DNA from: Terriglobia bacterium
GTDB taxonomy: Bacteria; Acidobacteriota; Terriglobia; 20CM-2-55-15
Assembly: GCA_965218585.1 (NCBI GenBank)
Contig: CBDCLE010000026.1
Coordinates: 288,001-352,000 of the forward strand
Direction of reading: 5' to 3'
Length of the DNA stretch: 64,000 bases
Position numbers and translations under genes: made by a program. Positions within the stretch are counted from its first letter, which is position 1, and the number at the start of each line of letters is the position of its first letter. The notes beneath the pieces were generated by a model. It searched no databases, was not told where the DNA came from, and worked only from the letters and a program-made list of their open reading frames with translations. Of the stretch, positions 1 through 10,749 are shown piece by piece.

Positions 1-1884
1 ATCCTCGTCCCAGCGCGGCTCCAGGAGAATCTCTTCAACCAGGGCCACGGTCTCTTCGTAGTTCCGGCGAAGCCCGCTTGCCGAAATCGTCAGGTTCTCC
101 CGTCCTGCTGAAACGTTGATTCGAGAACCCAACGCGTCAATCGCCTCTTCCAGTTCCGTCGGTGTCCGATCGGCCGTTCCTTCCGTCATCATTTCGGCCA
201 TCAGATTTGCAACGCCAACCTTGGACGGCTCATCCAACAGGAGTCCCCCACGCAAACGAATCGTGAACCGAACCAGAGGCAGTTCGTTGTGTTCGATGCC
301 GTACACATCGCTGCCGTTCGCGAGGCGGTCCGTCCAAATCAGAGGAACCGACAGTGAGGGCGCTACTCCAAGGGGCGGTTCCACGGATCGATCGAACGAT
401 GAGGCCGTCTTCGGGATGTCGGGCGATTCAGAAATAACCAACTCGGCCTCCCGACCTGTGACGATCGGTTCAGTGACCACGTCCGCTCGAACTGAATTCG
501 CCAGGGCCAGACCCGCTTCTCCCTTAGGTACGAAGCTGGCCGCGACAAAGTGTTTGTCCCGAATGTAGGCCCGGTAAACCCTCTGAACATCCTCCCCTGT
601 TACGGCCAGAAGCCGCCGGATGTCTTCGGCGATATATCCAGGTGAGTCCGCAAAAATGTTGTACTCGGCCAGAGCAAAAGCCTTACCCAGAAGGCTCGAT
701 ACACTGTTGTAGCCACTGTAGAACTCGGTCTCTCGCACAGCCTTCACCCGATCCAGGTCGGCCTCGCTGAACCCTTCGTCCTCAAATCGTTCGAATGCGG
801 TTTCAATCGACTGACGGACGTCATCGAGATCGGTTCCTTCGAAGCTTCGAACCGAAACAACAAACTGCCCGGCCAGTTCCGACATGTAGGTATACGCATC
901 AACGTCCGGTGCGAGAGCCTCTTCGTCCACCAGGATCGTATACAACGGTGAGTCCCGCGTTTCGGCCAGAAGTGCCGCGAGAACCTCCAGAGGGTAGGCG
1001 TCCTTGTGGTATTCCTCCACCGTGGGCCAGGAGAGCGTGAGGTTCGGGACGCGCGCAAAGTTGTCTTCGTGGACCAGTCTCTTGCTCCCGGCCAGTTCTA
1101 CCGCCGGAGGCCCCTCTCGAGGGGCGACATCCGCCGGTTGAATCTCTCCGAAGTACTTCTCGATCCACTCCCTGGCCTGGGCCGAATCGAAATCACCTGT
1201 GACGACCAACGTTGCGTTGTTGGGCCCGTACCACGTTCGGTAGAACTGGCCCACGTCTTCGAGCGTAGCGTTATCCAGATCCTCGAGTGACCCTATGACC
1301 TGCCAGTGATAGGGATGCGAAGGGGGATACATATTCTGGTCGATGACGGTGAACGTGTGGCCGTAGGGCCGATTATCGTAGCTCTGACGCTTCTCGTTCT
1401 TGACGACCTGCTTTTCCTTGGCAAGAACTTCCTCGGTCACAGTATTTATGAAAAAACCCATCTTGTCCGATTCGGCCCAAAGGACCTTTTCGAGGGCCGC
1501 GCTCGGCACGACCTGGTAATAATTGGTCCTGTCCCTGTTGGTCGAACCGTTCAGCGTCCCGCCGACTTCGTCGATCAGAACGTCGAGGCCTCCTGGGCCG
1601 AGATTTTCGGAGTCGAGGAAGAGCAGATGCTCGAACAGGTGGGCAAACCCCGTCTTTCCCGGTCGTTCACGTGCCGACCCGACGTGATACGTCATCGCAA
1701 CGGCCACTATCGGATCTGATCGATCGACATGTAAAACCACCTCGAGCCCGTTCTCGAGGATGTACTTCTCGTATTCGAGGGAAAAAGCGCCGTCGTTTTC
1801 AAGAGACGCCGGCTGACATCCGGTCACGAAGAAAGCAAGCAGGGGCAGGCAAAAGCACATCGGAGTATAGCGATTACATCCCAT
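1..1884 (-). CDS. M16 family zinc metallopeptidase (pitrilysin/PqqL-like) lipoprotein; 3' end runs off the window
   Basis: Absent from the ORF track because there is no stop inside the window. Manual translation: MGCNRYTPMCFCLPLLAFFVTGCQ...YILENGLEVVLHVDRSDPIVAVAMTYHVGSARERPGKTGFAHLFEHLLF (HxxEH motif), lipobox VTGC. Alternative start ATG at 1860. Confidence 0.92.
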   Translation of the reverse strand, partial: MGCNRYTPMCFCLPLLAFFVTGCQPASLENDGAFSLEYEKYILENGLEVVLHVDRSDPIVAVAMTYHVGSARERPGKTGFAHLFEHLLFLDSENLGPGGLDVLIDEVGGTLNGSTNRDRTNYYQVVPSAALEKVLWAESDKMGFFINTVTEEVLAKEKQVVKNEKRQSYDNRPYGHTFTVIDQNMYPPSHPYHWQVIGSLEDLDNATLEDVGQFYRTWYGPNNATLVVTGDFDSAQAREWIEKYFGEIQPADVAPREGPPAVELAGSKRLVHEDNFARVPNLTLSWPTVEEYHKDAYPLEVLAALLAETRDSPLYTILVDEEALAPDVDAYTYMSELAGQFVVSVRSFEGTDLDDVRQSIETAFERFEDEGFSEADLDRVKAVRETEFYSGYNSVSSLLGKAFALAEYNIFADSPGYIAEDIRRLLAVTGEDVQRVYRAYIRDKHFVAASFVPKGEAGLALANSVRADVVTEPIVTGREAELVISESPDIPKTASSFDRSVEPPLGVAPSLSVPLIWTDRLANGSDVYGIEHNELPLVRFTIRLRGGLLLDEPSKVGVANLMAEMMTEGTADRTPTELEEAIDALGSRINVSAGRENLTISASGLRRNYEETVALVEEILLEPRWDED

Positions 1885-1966
1885 TACAATGGTGTATCAC
1901 AAACGCTTGCAGAAGATAAGCTCTCCGACCTTATGATGGGGGCTCGATTCGGGAGGAGACCGGGAA

Positions 1967-2689
1967 ATGCCATCACTACTCGTCACGGGGGCAAGCCGCG
2001 GCCTGGGCTTGGAACTCTGCAGGCAGTACTCCGAAGCGGGATGGCGTGTGTTCGCGTGCTGCCGCAGCCCAGCGAGCGCCCGTGGCCTACAGCCCCTGAT
2101 CGATGCTGGGGGTGGAAGCGTAACGGTCCACAGGATGGATGTGAATGATCCTGACGAAATCCGTGCCGTGGCCGAGGCGTTGGGTGGCCATCCCATCGAT
2201 ATCCTGATCAATAATGCTGGTGTTGCGGACGCCTATGGAACAGGTGTGTTCGAAGGTAAGGACGATCCCGACCTTGGAAACTACGATATGGATGAATGGC
2301 TCGAAATATTCAGAACTAATGTCGTGGGTGCGGGACGTGTGACCGGAGCCTTCGCCGACAACGTGGCCAAAAGCGATCGCAGACTCATCGTCATGATGGC
2401 CTCGGGGCTTTCCTCTATAGCGAATACCTGGCAAGGAGGCCGCTACGCCTATCGAACCAGCAAAGCGGCGCTCAACATGTTGATGCGCGGCGTAGGTGCC
2501 TGGCTGGAGCCGCGCGGGATCACAGTCGTGTCCGTCGCTCCAGGCTGGACCCGGACCCAACTCGGTGGACCAAACGCACACAACAGTGTCGAGGAGGCCA
2601 TCGCAGGCATACGAACGGTACTGGACGGGCTGGGTATTGAAGATACCGGCTCCTACTGGAACTTCGACGGAGAGCGTCTTCCCTGGTAG
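1967..2689 (+). CDS. SDR family oxidoreductase (CsgA/C-factor-like)
   Basis: TGASRGLG, NNAG and YRTSK motifs. Confidence 0.9.
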   Translation: MPSLLVTGASRGLGLELCRQYSEAGWRVFACCRSPASARGLQPLIDAGGGSVTVHRMDVNDPDEIRAVAEALGGHPIDILINNAGVADAYGTGVFEGKDDPDLGNYDMDEWLEIFRTNVVGAGRVTGAFADNVAKSDRRLIVMMASGLSSIANTWQGGRYAYRTSKAALNMLMRGVGAWLEPRGITVVSVAPGWTRTQLGGPNAHNSVEEAIAGIRTVLDGLGIEDTGSYWNFDGERLPW

Positions 2690-2762
2690 TCTTCCCTGAT
2701 AAACGACAAACTTGTCCTGCGCTTCATTGGCCGGCGGGGATCCTTTCATCCGATACCTGAAG

Positions 2763-3143
2763 TTACGAGGGGGCATCGGTGTAGGTATGGGTAATGATTT
2801 CCCAGCTATGACCGTTTGCATCCTGGAAGTAGAAACCTCTCCCCTGATGTAGGTGGTTGATTTTTCCGTCCTGGGAGAACGGACTGCTTCCGTAGGCGAC
2901 ATCTTCCTCTTTCACCCGATTCAAAATCGCGTCAAACTCTTCATCGGCTGCCAGAAAAGCGTAGTGATGAGGTCCAACCTTAGCGCAGTTGTCGAAATCC
3001 AACGTTAATATGTCGTCGATCTTGACCGGAGCGAAGTGCCCCCACGGTCCGTCGTAATGAAGCCCGAAAATCCGCGCTATAAACCGCGCCGACTCCTCCT
3101 TGTCGTACGCAGGAACGATTGTGTGGTCGAGGTGGAGCGCCAT
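2763..3143 (-). CDS. VOC/glyoxalase family protein
   Basis: LDHTIV, HYAF and GFYFQDANGHSWEI motifs. Confidence 0.88.
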   Translation of the reverse strand: MALHLDHTIVPAYDKEESARFIARIFGLHYDGPWGHFAPVKIDDILTLDFDNCAKVGPHHYAFLAADEEFDAILNRVKEEDVAYGSSPFSQDGKINHLHQGRGFYFQDANGHSWEIITHTYTDAPS

Positions 3144-3194
3144 ACTTTCCTCCTTCGCTTTTCGGTTAACTCGAACATGATCGACGAACTACTC

Positions 3195-3557
3195 TTACAT
3201 GGCCGCCAGCATCCGCTTTAACGCGACGGTCCTATAGCTTGCTACGACCAGGTCCTCGACCTCGACCCAGTCGATCTGGCCCTCCTCAGCATCCAGGCAG
3301 ACCCATCCATACTTTGCCACATAGGGAGCAGCGAAGAATCCAGGCTTTCCCAGAATTTCGGTTTGCTGTTGAGGTTCGGTTCGAAAGGCGATGCACCAAC
3401 GGCCATGATAGCGGTCAAGAACTGCGAACAGCTTCTTGCCTGCCACGAAGGTCGGATTACCCCATTTTATTGTTTCTGTGGCCTCTGGAAGTCGAAGACA
3501 GATCTTACGCAAGCGTCGTAGCAGATGTTCCTTCCCGGCTGGACTGGTTCCCTTCAT
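3195..3557 (-). CDS. MmcQ/YjbR family protein
   Basis: CLRLPEATETIKWGNPTF...PYVAKYGWV...LVVASY. Confidence 0.85.
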   Translation of the reverse strand: MKGTSPAGKEHLLRRLRKICLRLPEATETIKWGNPTFVAGKKLFAVLDRYHGRWCIAFRTEPQQQTEILGKPGFFAAPYVAKYGWVCLDAEEGQIDWVEVEDLVVASYRTVALKRMLAAM

Positions 3558-3559
3558 TC

Positions 3560-4177
3560 CTACCTCTCGGCTGCGGTACCAGTATTCCCATCCTCCTTCA
3601 CCGCAATCTTCTCGTCCTTGACGTAGCTGATGCGCGGAGCCGGGCCGACACCACCGGGCACTCGGTACGAAAGGGCCACGATGCCACTTGCAGGCAGCGC
3701 CCTCTGGTCTACAAGCGTCAACTTCGTCGCAGCGCCTGGCGGAAGGAGTGGGACGCCGGCTCCAAGCAGCACAGGAATGACGGCAAGCTCTACCGTGTCG
3801 ACGAGGCCCTCGTCGAGGAGCGAGCGAAAGAGGACTCCCCCACCGAAGAGCCAGATGTCGCGGCCCGGCTCCGCCTTGAGCGAGGCCACATGTCCACGTA
3901 GATCATCGCCAATGATTCTGACACCCGGGTGCTCGGCGGCAGGAAGGGTCCGCGAGAACACGACGACGTCAAGACCGGACAACGCACCTTGCCCCCCCTG
4001 TGAGGCGACTACTTCATATGTCTTGCGCCCGATGACGGCCGTGTCGAATTCCTTCAACAGTGCGGCGAAGTCGATGGCCGGGTCCATCACGATCCAATCG
4101 TATTCCCCGTTGGGTCCCGCGATGAAGCCATCCAGGCTCACCGCCACTTGGTAGCGTAATCGTCTCGTCATGACCAA
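3560..4177 (-). CDS. dihydrofolate reductase-like (RibD C-terminal domain) protein
   Basis: VSLDGFIAGP, GRKTY, IWLFGGG and LVD..L...PVLLGAG motifs. Confidence 0.88.
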   Translation of the reverse strand: MVMTRRLRYQVAVSLDGFIAGPNGEYDWIVMDPAIDFAALLKEFDTAVIGRKTYEVVASQGGQGALSGLDVVVFSRTLPAAEHPGVRIIGDDLRGHVASLKAEPGRDIWLFGGGVLFRSLLDEGLVDTVELAVIPVLLGAGVPLLPPGAATKLTLVDQRALPASGIVALSYRVPGGVGPAPRISYVKDEKIAVKEDGNTGTAAER

Positions 4178-4208
4178 GCTCCATTTCGGGGGTCGATAAC
4201 TATCGCAC

Positions 4209-4640
4209 CTACGGCTCCCGCTGCCAGCTTGCGCGAATTCCAGCCGACTCCCCGCCAGGCACCCAGATCACCAGAGTCTTGGCTGGCTGATCTTCCGGAA
4301 CCTTGTGAACGACCTGGTCGCCGGCATGGACGAAGCCTGCCATCCCCGGTGTCAGGATGTGACTGGTGCCGTTGACTATGTGTTCGAGAACACCCTCGAC
4401 GACATAGAAGATCTCCAATGAGCCGTGCGCATGGGAGACCGATTCGGTTCCCGCCTGAAAGACCATCTCGCCGACTTCGATATCACTCGTTTCAAGATTG
4501 CTCTCGTCAAGCAGGACGCGCAGAACCGTGCCACCGGGGGCAACATACGTGGCACCGGGTGACGCAGACTGGGACAGTGCAGAGGAAGCCCAGAAAATCA
4601 GGGCGAGTGAAGATAGGATAGCGGTTGTTCGCTTTAGCAC
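4209..4640 (-). CDS. secreted cupin domain protein
   Basis: Signal peptide; HAH...EIFYVVEG...H cupin motif. Confidence 0.8.
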   Translation of the reverse strand: MLKRTTAILSSLALIFWASSALSQSASPGATYVAPGGTVLRVLLDESNLETSDIEVGEMVFQAGTESVSHAHGSLEIFYVVEGVLEHIVNGTSHILTPGMAGFVHAGDQVVHKVPEDQPAKTLVIWVPGGESAGIRASWQREP

Positions 4641-4904
4641 AATTGACTCCTTTGAAAAGCCCCGTAAATCTAACTACAGGTTGGATTTATCTTAAAGAAA
4701 AGTCTTGAGTCCGGACAAACGACATCGTCGGTAGTCGAAAATCGGTAAAGCTCATCGTGCACTAGACAGGACGAGATATTCAGAAAGTTACTGCGGCACG
4801 GAACAATTACGCCACCCTCTCCGTTAACTACTAACGAGTCGCGAAAGCTGAATGCAGCAATCGCACGTAGAAATAGCCAGAATAAGCACTTGAAGGGGGT
4901 TGCC

Positions 4905-5153
4905 ATGACAGTGATGACCGAGGACTCGACCGAAAAATCAACTTCGACGAAATACGACCTGGTACCGTTGAATCCGGAGTTGGCCTCACACTTGCCCGGG
5001 CTGGGCGAGGCCCTCCTTTCGGGCAGCTTGCTGCCTGACAGCAAGCGCAAGGGCTTCTTCGAGCTTCTCTCCGGGGTCGACTGGTTCTACGTTCACATCA
5101 GCCAGGCCACCAGTACGGTCTACCTCGTCGCCCACCGGATTTCATCGTTCTAG
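4905..5153 (+). CDS. small hypothetical protein
   Basis: ATG preceded by a G-rich RBS-like sequence; globular-looking 82 aa ORF filling the intergenic gap. Confidence 0.5.
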   Translation: MTVMTEDSTEKSTSTKYDLVPLNPELASHLPGLGEALLSGSLLPDSKRKGFFELLSGVDWFYVHISQATSTVYLVAHRISSF

Positions 5154-5184
5154 TACTTCCCGCAACGAATCGCCTGCCGCCCTC

Positions 5185-6717
5185 CTAAGGTGCCTCACCC
5201 AAGGCGGCCAGTGCCTCAAATTCTCCGCTTCCGCCATGCCCCCCGACAATGGTTTCGACGTCCAGTCCAAGGTCCGTTATCGATTCGAGCAAAGCAATCG
5301 CATCCGGCGTCGCCGCTGGAACTCCTGGCGTGTAGAGGTCGCTTTCGAACAGAATCCTCTGCTGCGGAAGATAGGCAATCACCATCGGCATAACATGGGG
5401 TGATTCCAGGGCGTGCAACGTCAGACTCTGGGAACCGTCGCTCAATTCATACTCCCCATCATAGGCTTCAATGCCACCGATGTTGTCAGCACGTCCCATA
5501 GTATTCACGACGGTGTGCAGCTCATCGGGCGTGTACCCGTGCCGGGCGTCGATGAGGTTCTGGACCGTCTCCCGGTGGCGCTCTTCGACAAGGACCGTAC
5601 TTCCGCTCGCCACGAACCTTCGGAGACCGCCAACGTGGTCGGGATGGGGATGCGTCACCACCACATACTCGATGGGCTTGAGCCGACCCAACTCGTTACC
5701 GATTTCGTCGATCAGGATCCTTGCCTGGCTGTCACTCCAGGGTGCTTCAACAACTACGATGTAGTCTGGGAACTCGATAACCAGGCTGTGGTGCGAAAAA
5801 CCGACGGCATGGTAGACACCGGCACTCAGACGGTTCAGTTCCAACGGAACGAAGTCCTGCCCTGTCGCGATCTCTGCATCTTCGGCCATCTCCTCGGGCA
5901 CCATGAAGTCCGCCTCGGGAAGGCTCTGGTTGGTTTCGATCGAGTCGTAGCTCATGTGCGCCACTTCGAGGCCGTCCTTTTGGACCCACATTTCGTGTGG
6001 CAGGAGCAGTCCGTCCACGTCTCGGTAGTCGTCGAAAATGTATGCCGTTTCGACGTCGCCAAGGTACGGATCGGTTTCAAACACCAGGTAACCCACCATG
6101 AGGTTCGTTTCGGGATCGAAGAAGAGCTCGGCCGTGCGACCCATGAGATCGATCTGGAACCGCAGGCAATCGATGCCGTTGAATTCCCTCTCAAGCACGA
6201 CCTGCATGGAACTCTCGGTGTCAACCGACGCCCGGAAGAGTACGGTAATGGGATCCCTTTGCGCTGCAAGCTGCGGCGTATGGTAAGGAGTCGCAAAACT
6301 GAGCAGAGCGCCTGGCGACACCACCGCACCCTGGTCATTGGCCATCTGGTAGCCAACCGTCAGGGCATCGGCTCCAGTTCCGTAGTCGGTCAGAAGTTCG
6401 CGCCGGTGCTGTTGGAATGCGCCGAACACAAAGTCATATTCGACCAATGTGCGGCCGTTTACGAAATCGATCGTTTCAGTATAGCTAGTCAACTCTGCCG
6501 ACGGTGTATCGGCGTCCGGTGTCGGCACCTGCCCGACCATCAGGCCGGTCCCGCTGCCACGCCGAACTATGGAGTTGACCGCCTCCAACTGCGCCTGGCC
6601 TCCCTGGGCCGCGATCGCGCTAGCAACAATCTCTTCGGCAGTCCCTGGGCCCGAGCAACCCACCAGTAGACTGATTCCAACCAATAAGACAAATAAGACA
6701 AAAGATCGAGTGGACAT
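5185..6717 (-). CDS. MBL-fold metallo-hydrolase lipoprotein
   Basis: Lipobox LVGC; THPHPDHVGG, H..., ESD and GGHG motifs. Confidence 0.88.
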   Translation of the reverse strand: MSTRSFVLFVLLVGISLLVGCSGPGTAEEIVASAIAAQGGQAQLEAVNSIVRRGSGTGLMVGQVPTPDADTPSAELTSYTETIDFVNGRTLVEYDFVFGAFQQHRRELLTDYGTGADALTVGYQMANDQGAVVSPGALLSFATPYHTPQLAAQRDPITVLFRASVDTESSMQVVLEREFNGIDCLRFQIDLMGRTAELFFDPETNLMVGYLVFETDPYLGDVETAYIFDDYRDVDGLLLPHEMWVQKDGLEVAHMSYDSIETNQSLPEADFMVPEEMAEDAEIATGQDFVPLELNRLSAGVYHAVGFSHHSLVIEFPDYIVVVEAPWSDSQARILIDEIGNELGRLKPIEYVVVTHPHPDHVGGLRRFVASGSTVLVEERHRETVQNLIDARHGYTPDELHTVVNTMGRADNIGGIEAYDGEYELSDGSQSLTLHALESPHVMPMVIAYLPQQRILFESDLYTPGVPAATPDAIALLESITDLGLDVETIVGGHGGSGEFEALAALGEAP

Positions 6718-7002
6718 GTCCCCTCCCCTTGCTTTCGCAATCGATTGTTTCGTTGAAAATCCCTCTCATTCAACTACAGGTGGGCGTTTCAGGCAAGAAA
6801 ACTGTCAATTTCTGGGACGGGATTCTGCTGCTCTTCCGGCACTCTGTCTCTCATCAGGTGAGGAGAAGAGGACGGGAATCTCCGCGTATTACTCGGGGCC
6901 CTGAACTGGAAAACCATAGCGGCGGCAGCCAGAGTCATTTCCCGTCAGGCAGGGAGCGACTAACCTGCCATCGGCCTTTTCCTTTCTCTGGGCGGAAAAC
7001 CT

Positions 7003-8016
7003 CTACTTGGCGCGGCCTCCGAAGCCCTCGGCCAGCATGGGAATCTTGTAGATCGTCTTCGAATTGTTTCGGACGTCCTCAGGGGTTTCGAATTCGCCTG
7101 TCCTGAACACATCGACAGCCAGACTCCCCACAATATAGAGGGTCTTTTTCTCCGGACCCGCAAAAGCGACGGTTATGGCACGGCGGGGCGTCTCGATGAT
7201 CCCCAGATGGTCTCCGCCGGAACTGAAAACATGAATGCCGTCCCTGACTGTCACGTAGAGCCGGCCCGCCGCATCGATCGCCATCCCATCGCCACCACCG
7301 GCCTCACCGAGCGAAGCGAAGTCGCGGCGGTTGCTCGTCGATCCGTCGGCCTCGACATCGAACGCCACGACGACTGTGCGGTTCGTCACGTACAGCGTCG
7401 CCCCGTCCGGACTGAGCATGATCCCGTTCGATCCGATTTCATCCCGACTCGCCACGGTGCTGACCTCACCATCACTATTAACGTAGTAGGCACCGCCCGA
7501 AGTGAAGTACGCGCCTCCCTTGCTGTCGGCGACAAGATCGTTGACACGTCCCAGGGAGTCGCCGTTTGGAAAACCATCTGTCATGACCTTTCGCTCGGGA
7601 GTAAGGACGGTGACTTTCGTGGGTTCCCCGCACCGTTCGGTCAGCCTCAGTCCCGGATCCGTACACGTCCGTTCAACGGCCCAGAGCCGACCCTCGGAGT
7701 CCATCGACAGGGACCCGGCGCCGAGGGTCCCTTCCATGTAAACCGAGGTGCTGTCGTCAGGGGCCAGCCTGCGCACCCTCCGCGGCTGTTCCTGGGCAAA
7801 CAGGAGGCTTCCGTCGGGCGCTCCCATGATGCCGTCGGCGTTGTCATAACCGTCCCAGACAAGATTCCACCGGGCGCCGGACGCGATCACACCTGGAATG
7901 GCCTCGATCGCCCACTCCCTCTCGCCCGGCATCAGTTCCTGTCCAGCCACCTCGCCCTGAACAAGGATGGAAGCAACAACACACGATAGGACGGTAAGCA
8001 CTGTGCTCGAATTCAT
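7003..8016 (-). CDS. SMP-30/gluconolactonase family protein
   Basis: NDLVAD..GG.YFT, NGIMLSPDG and DGMAIDAAGRLYV motifs; signal peptide. Confidence 0.9.
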   Translation of the reverse strand: MNSSTVLTVLSCVVASILVQGEVAGQELMPGEREWAIEAIPGVIASGARWNLVWDGYDNADGIMGAPDGSLLFAQEQPRRVRRLAPDDSTSVYMEGTLGAGSLSMDSEGRLWAVERTCTDPGLRLTERCGEPTKVTVLTPERKVMTDGFPNGDSLGRVNDLVADSKGGAYFTSGGAYYVNSDGEVSTVASRDEIGSNGIMLSPDGATLYVTNRTVVVAFDVEADGSTSNRRDFASLGEAGGGDGMAIDAAGRLYVTVRDGIHVFSSGGDHLGIIETPRRAITVAFAGPEKKTLYIVGSLAVDVFRTGEFETPEDVRNNSKTIYKIPMLAEGFGGRAK

Positions 8017-8235
8017 AAACCTCTCCAGGCTCGTGGACTCGGGAAACGCTCAAGACGCTGCCCCAAGACGCGCAATGGACGACTTCGGGAAGAAGCTGAG
8101 TGCTCATGATCATCTTCGGAACCTGCAGCGTCAAGAGGTATTGACGTAGCTCCTGTCGAGGAAGCCCAGTTGGCCTTAGACAAACCGACGGCATGCGGTT
8201 AAACTTACTGAAGTCTTTGAATCTGCATACCTTGA

Positions 8236-10749
8236 GTGGGAATGGTTTATTTACATCGACTGATTTTGATTGTTGTTTTGGCCTCGCTTCCTGCCTACGG
8301 ACAGTTGGTAACCCAGAACCCGCTCGACGAACTTCAGGAGCAACTCGCCGAAGTTCTAGCCGAAGCCGGGGTCCCTGTCACACCCGAACAGGAAGGCCAG
8401 GTGGCCCTGCTCATCGAAGAGCAGCGGAGGGCCTCCGAAGATCTGTTCGGGCAAATCATGGACTTCAGAAACGGGATCCCCGAAGGCGCGGATCGCGACC
8501 GCGCACTGGCGAGCATCCAGTGGATTCACGATGCATTCCGGGCCGCGCTGCCGGACTATCTGACGGCCGACCAAAGGGCAGCGATCGAAGAGTTCGAGTC
8601 TCAGGGGGGGACACTCGCGGCAACAATCGAGGGCACGGAGGAAGCCGGCACCGAGGTCACGCAGATCCAACAGATCCGACTCGTCAACAATCCGTTCAAC
8701 GTTCAAAACGGGCGAAGCGGAAGCACAGGACCTCGAGGGGGCCGGAGAACTGAGGTCATCGAGCGGGGCGGTTCGGGCGCCTTCCACGGGAATTTTCGCG
8801 CAGAGTTCGAGGACGATGCGCTGAACGCTCGCGATCCCACCGCGGACAACAAACCCCAGGCTCGGGAACGTACGATCAGTGGAAACATCAGCGGTCCAGT
8901 CCTTCGTGACCGCCTCACGGCCAGCTTCTCGTTCGATAACAACCGGTGGGAAAACGTCGGAAGTGTCAACGCGCTGCTTGCAACGAACGAGCTGTTCACG
9001 CTGGGCATCACACGGCCTCGCGTTACTAAAAGGTACGAGGGCCGCGGGATCCTGCAGTTGAACGAATCGAATTCACTCCATTTCGGAGTGGATTACGACT
9101 CCAACACGAGGGAAAACGACGGTATCGGCCGTGAGACTCTGCCCGAGCGGGCGACCAACTCTTTCGATCGCAGCTTCGAGCTCGACGTGCGTCAGATTAC
9201 CGTGTTCTCCGAAAGTACGGTCCACGAAACAAGCTTTTCCTGGCGGGACGACCGCGAAGAGACGATACCGATCACCAGCGGCCAGGCGATCAACGTTCTT
9301 GACGCATTCAACAGCGGCGGAGGACGGAATCGTAACGAGCTCGACGGTACGAGCATGCACTTCAGAAACCTGCTCTACTACGTTGGCGACCGCTTGACCC
9401 TGCGCGTGGGAAGCCACGTCGGCACGTGGGAAGAGACTTCGATACAACAGAACAATTTCAACGGCCAGTTCACGTTTTCAGACCTGGAAAGTTTCCAGAA
9501 AGGACAACCGCAACAGTACGACGTCAACGTGGGCGACCCGTTGGTCGAACAGACCCACATCGAAACCGAGCTTTTCGTTCAGAGCGATCTTCGACTCACC
9601 AACCGCTTCACGCTCAACCTTGGCTTGCTCTACTCGACGCAGAACAATCTCGAGGACAGGAACGATTTCGATCCCCGTCTGGGATTTGCCTACGCGGTTG
9701 GAAATTCCACAGTCATCCGTGGAGGCGTGGGCACGTTCCATCAAAGACTCAATTACTGGGAATTCCGGCGAATCCTGCAAGAGGACGGCACACGTCAGAG
9801 CCGCATCCGGATCTCGGATCCAGGGTGGCCGGATCCCTTCCAGGGAGGCAGCGTAGAAACGATTCCACCCAGGTCACGTCGCCTCCTCCAACCCGGTTTT
9901 CTCGCCAATTACTACGTGAGCACGCTGATATCGGTCGAACAGAGTCTGCCATCAAACTTGTTTCTGACGGTGAGCTTTGACTACAACCGGGGCCTGAAGA
10001 TGCGCCGGACGCGGAACATCAACGCACCGCTGCCCGGCACTATCAGCCCGGAAACCCCGGACGGTATCCGGCCCTTCCCCGATGAGGGAGACATTCTTCA
10101 ACTCGAATCCAGCGGCCTGTCGATTCACAAGAATTTGAAAGTCCGGATGCGGCAGCGTTTCAGCATCTTCAACGTCAACGCCGACTATACGTTCAACGTA
10201 GGCCATAGTGACGGTGACGGATTCCGACTGCCTGCCGACAGTTACAATCTGAGGGGCGAGTGGGGCCGGGCCGGTCTCGGCCAGACACACCGTTTCAACG
10301 CAAGCGTCAACTCCAGATTGCCGTGGGACGTTTATCTCACCACGGCTCTCAATTTCAGAAGCGGGAGCATGTTCACGATCACGACTGGAGAGGACACCAA
10401 CAGGGACGGGGAATTCAGGGAGCGGCCTGCGATTGCTACGGATCTGACCCGGCCCAGCGTCATCGTCACCGATTTTGGAACCTTCGATCTGAATCCGCTT
10501 CCGGGACAGGAAATCCTTTCCCGTAACAGCGCGACCGGCCCCCATTTCCTGTCGATAGGATTCAATATATCCAAGGCCTTTGAAGTAGCAAACGGTCAGC
10601 AGGTCAGCGTGTTCGTCAATTTAAACAACGCGTTCAACATGACCAACCTGAGCAACCCCAGCAGCGTTCTGACTTCCAGCAGATTTGGCACATCTACGAG
10701 TGCCAACGATCCCCGGCGAATCGAAGCGGGCATGCGGTATCAGTTCTAG
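8236..10749 (+). CDS. TonB-dependent-receptor-like outer-membrane beta-barrel with an N-terminal helical (LTxxQ-like) domain
   Basis: DDALNARDP, FDPRLGFAY and VIRGGVGTF motifs; C-terminal ...GMRYQF; stop TAG is part of the IS1380 target duplication. Confidence 0.8.
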   Translation: MGMVYLHRLILIVVLASLPAYGQLVTQNPLDELQEQLAEVLAEAGVPVTPEQEGQVALLIEEQRRASEDLFGQIMDFRNGIPEGADRDRALASIQWIHDAFRAALPDYLTADQRAAIEEFESQGGTLAATIEGTEEAGTEVTQIQQIRLVNNPFNVQNGRSGSTGPRGGRRTEVIERGGSGAFHGNFRAEFEDDALNARDPTADNKPQARERTISGNISGPVLRDRLTASFSFDNNRWENVGSVNALLATNELFTLGITRPRVTKRYEGRGILQLNESNSLHFGVDYDSNTRENDGIGRETLPERATNSFDRSFELDVRQITVFSESTVHETSFSWRDDREETIPITSGQAINVLDAFNSGGGRNRNELDGTSMHFRNLLYYVGDRLTLRVGSHVGTWEETSIQQNNFNGQFTFSDLESFQKGQPQQYDVNVGDPLVEQTHIETELFVQSDLRLTNRFTLNLGLLYSTQNNLEDRNDFDPRLGFAYAVGNSTVIRGGVGTFHQRLNYWEFRRILQEDGTRQSRIRISDPGWPDPFQGGSVETIPPRSRRLLQPGFLANYYVSTLISVEQSLPSNLFLTVSFDYNRGLKMRRTRNINAPLPGTISPETPDGIRPFPDEGDILQLESSGLSIHKNLKVRMRQRFSIFNVNADYTFNVGHSDGDGFRLPADSYNLRGEWGRAGLGQTHRFNASVNSRLPWDVYLTTALNFRSGSMFTITTGEDTNRDGEFRERPAIATDLTRPSVIVTDFGTFDLNPLPGQEILSRNSATGPHFLSIGFNISKAFEVANGQQVSVFVNLNNAFNMTNLSNPSSVLTSSRFGTSTSANDPRRIEAGMRYQF

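Noticed and set aside
116-1919. Plus-strand ORFs in the first 1.9 kb
   Set aside because: Shadow frames of the minus-strand M16 peptidase.
5413-6669. 418-aa plus-strand ORF and similar long antisense ORFs (16792-17847, 22825-23760, 42729-43691, 44983-45903, 50770-51693)
   Set aside because: They overlap well-supported genes in another frame or strand, carry no motifs, and are typical of high-GC shadow ORFs.
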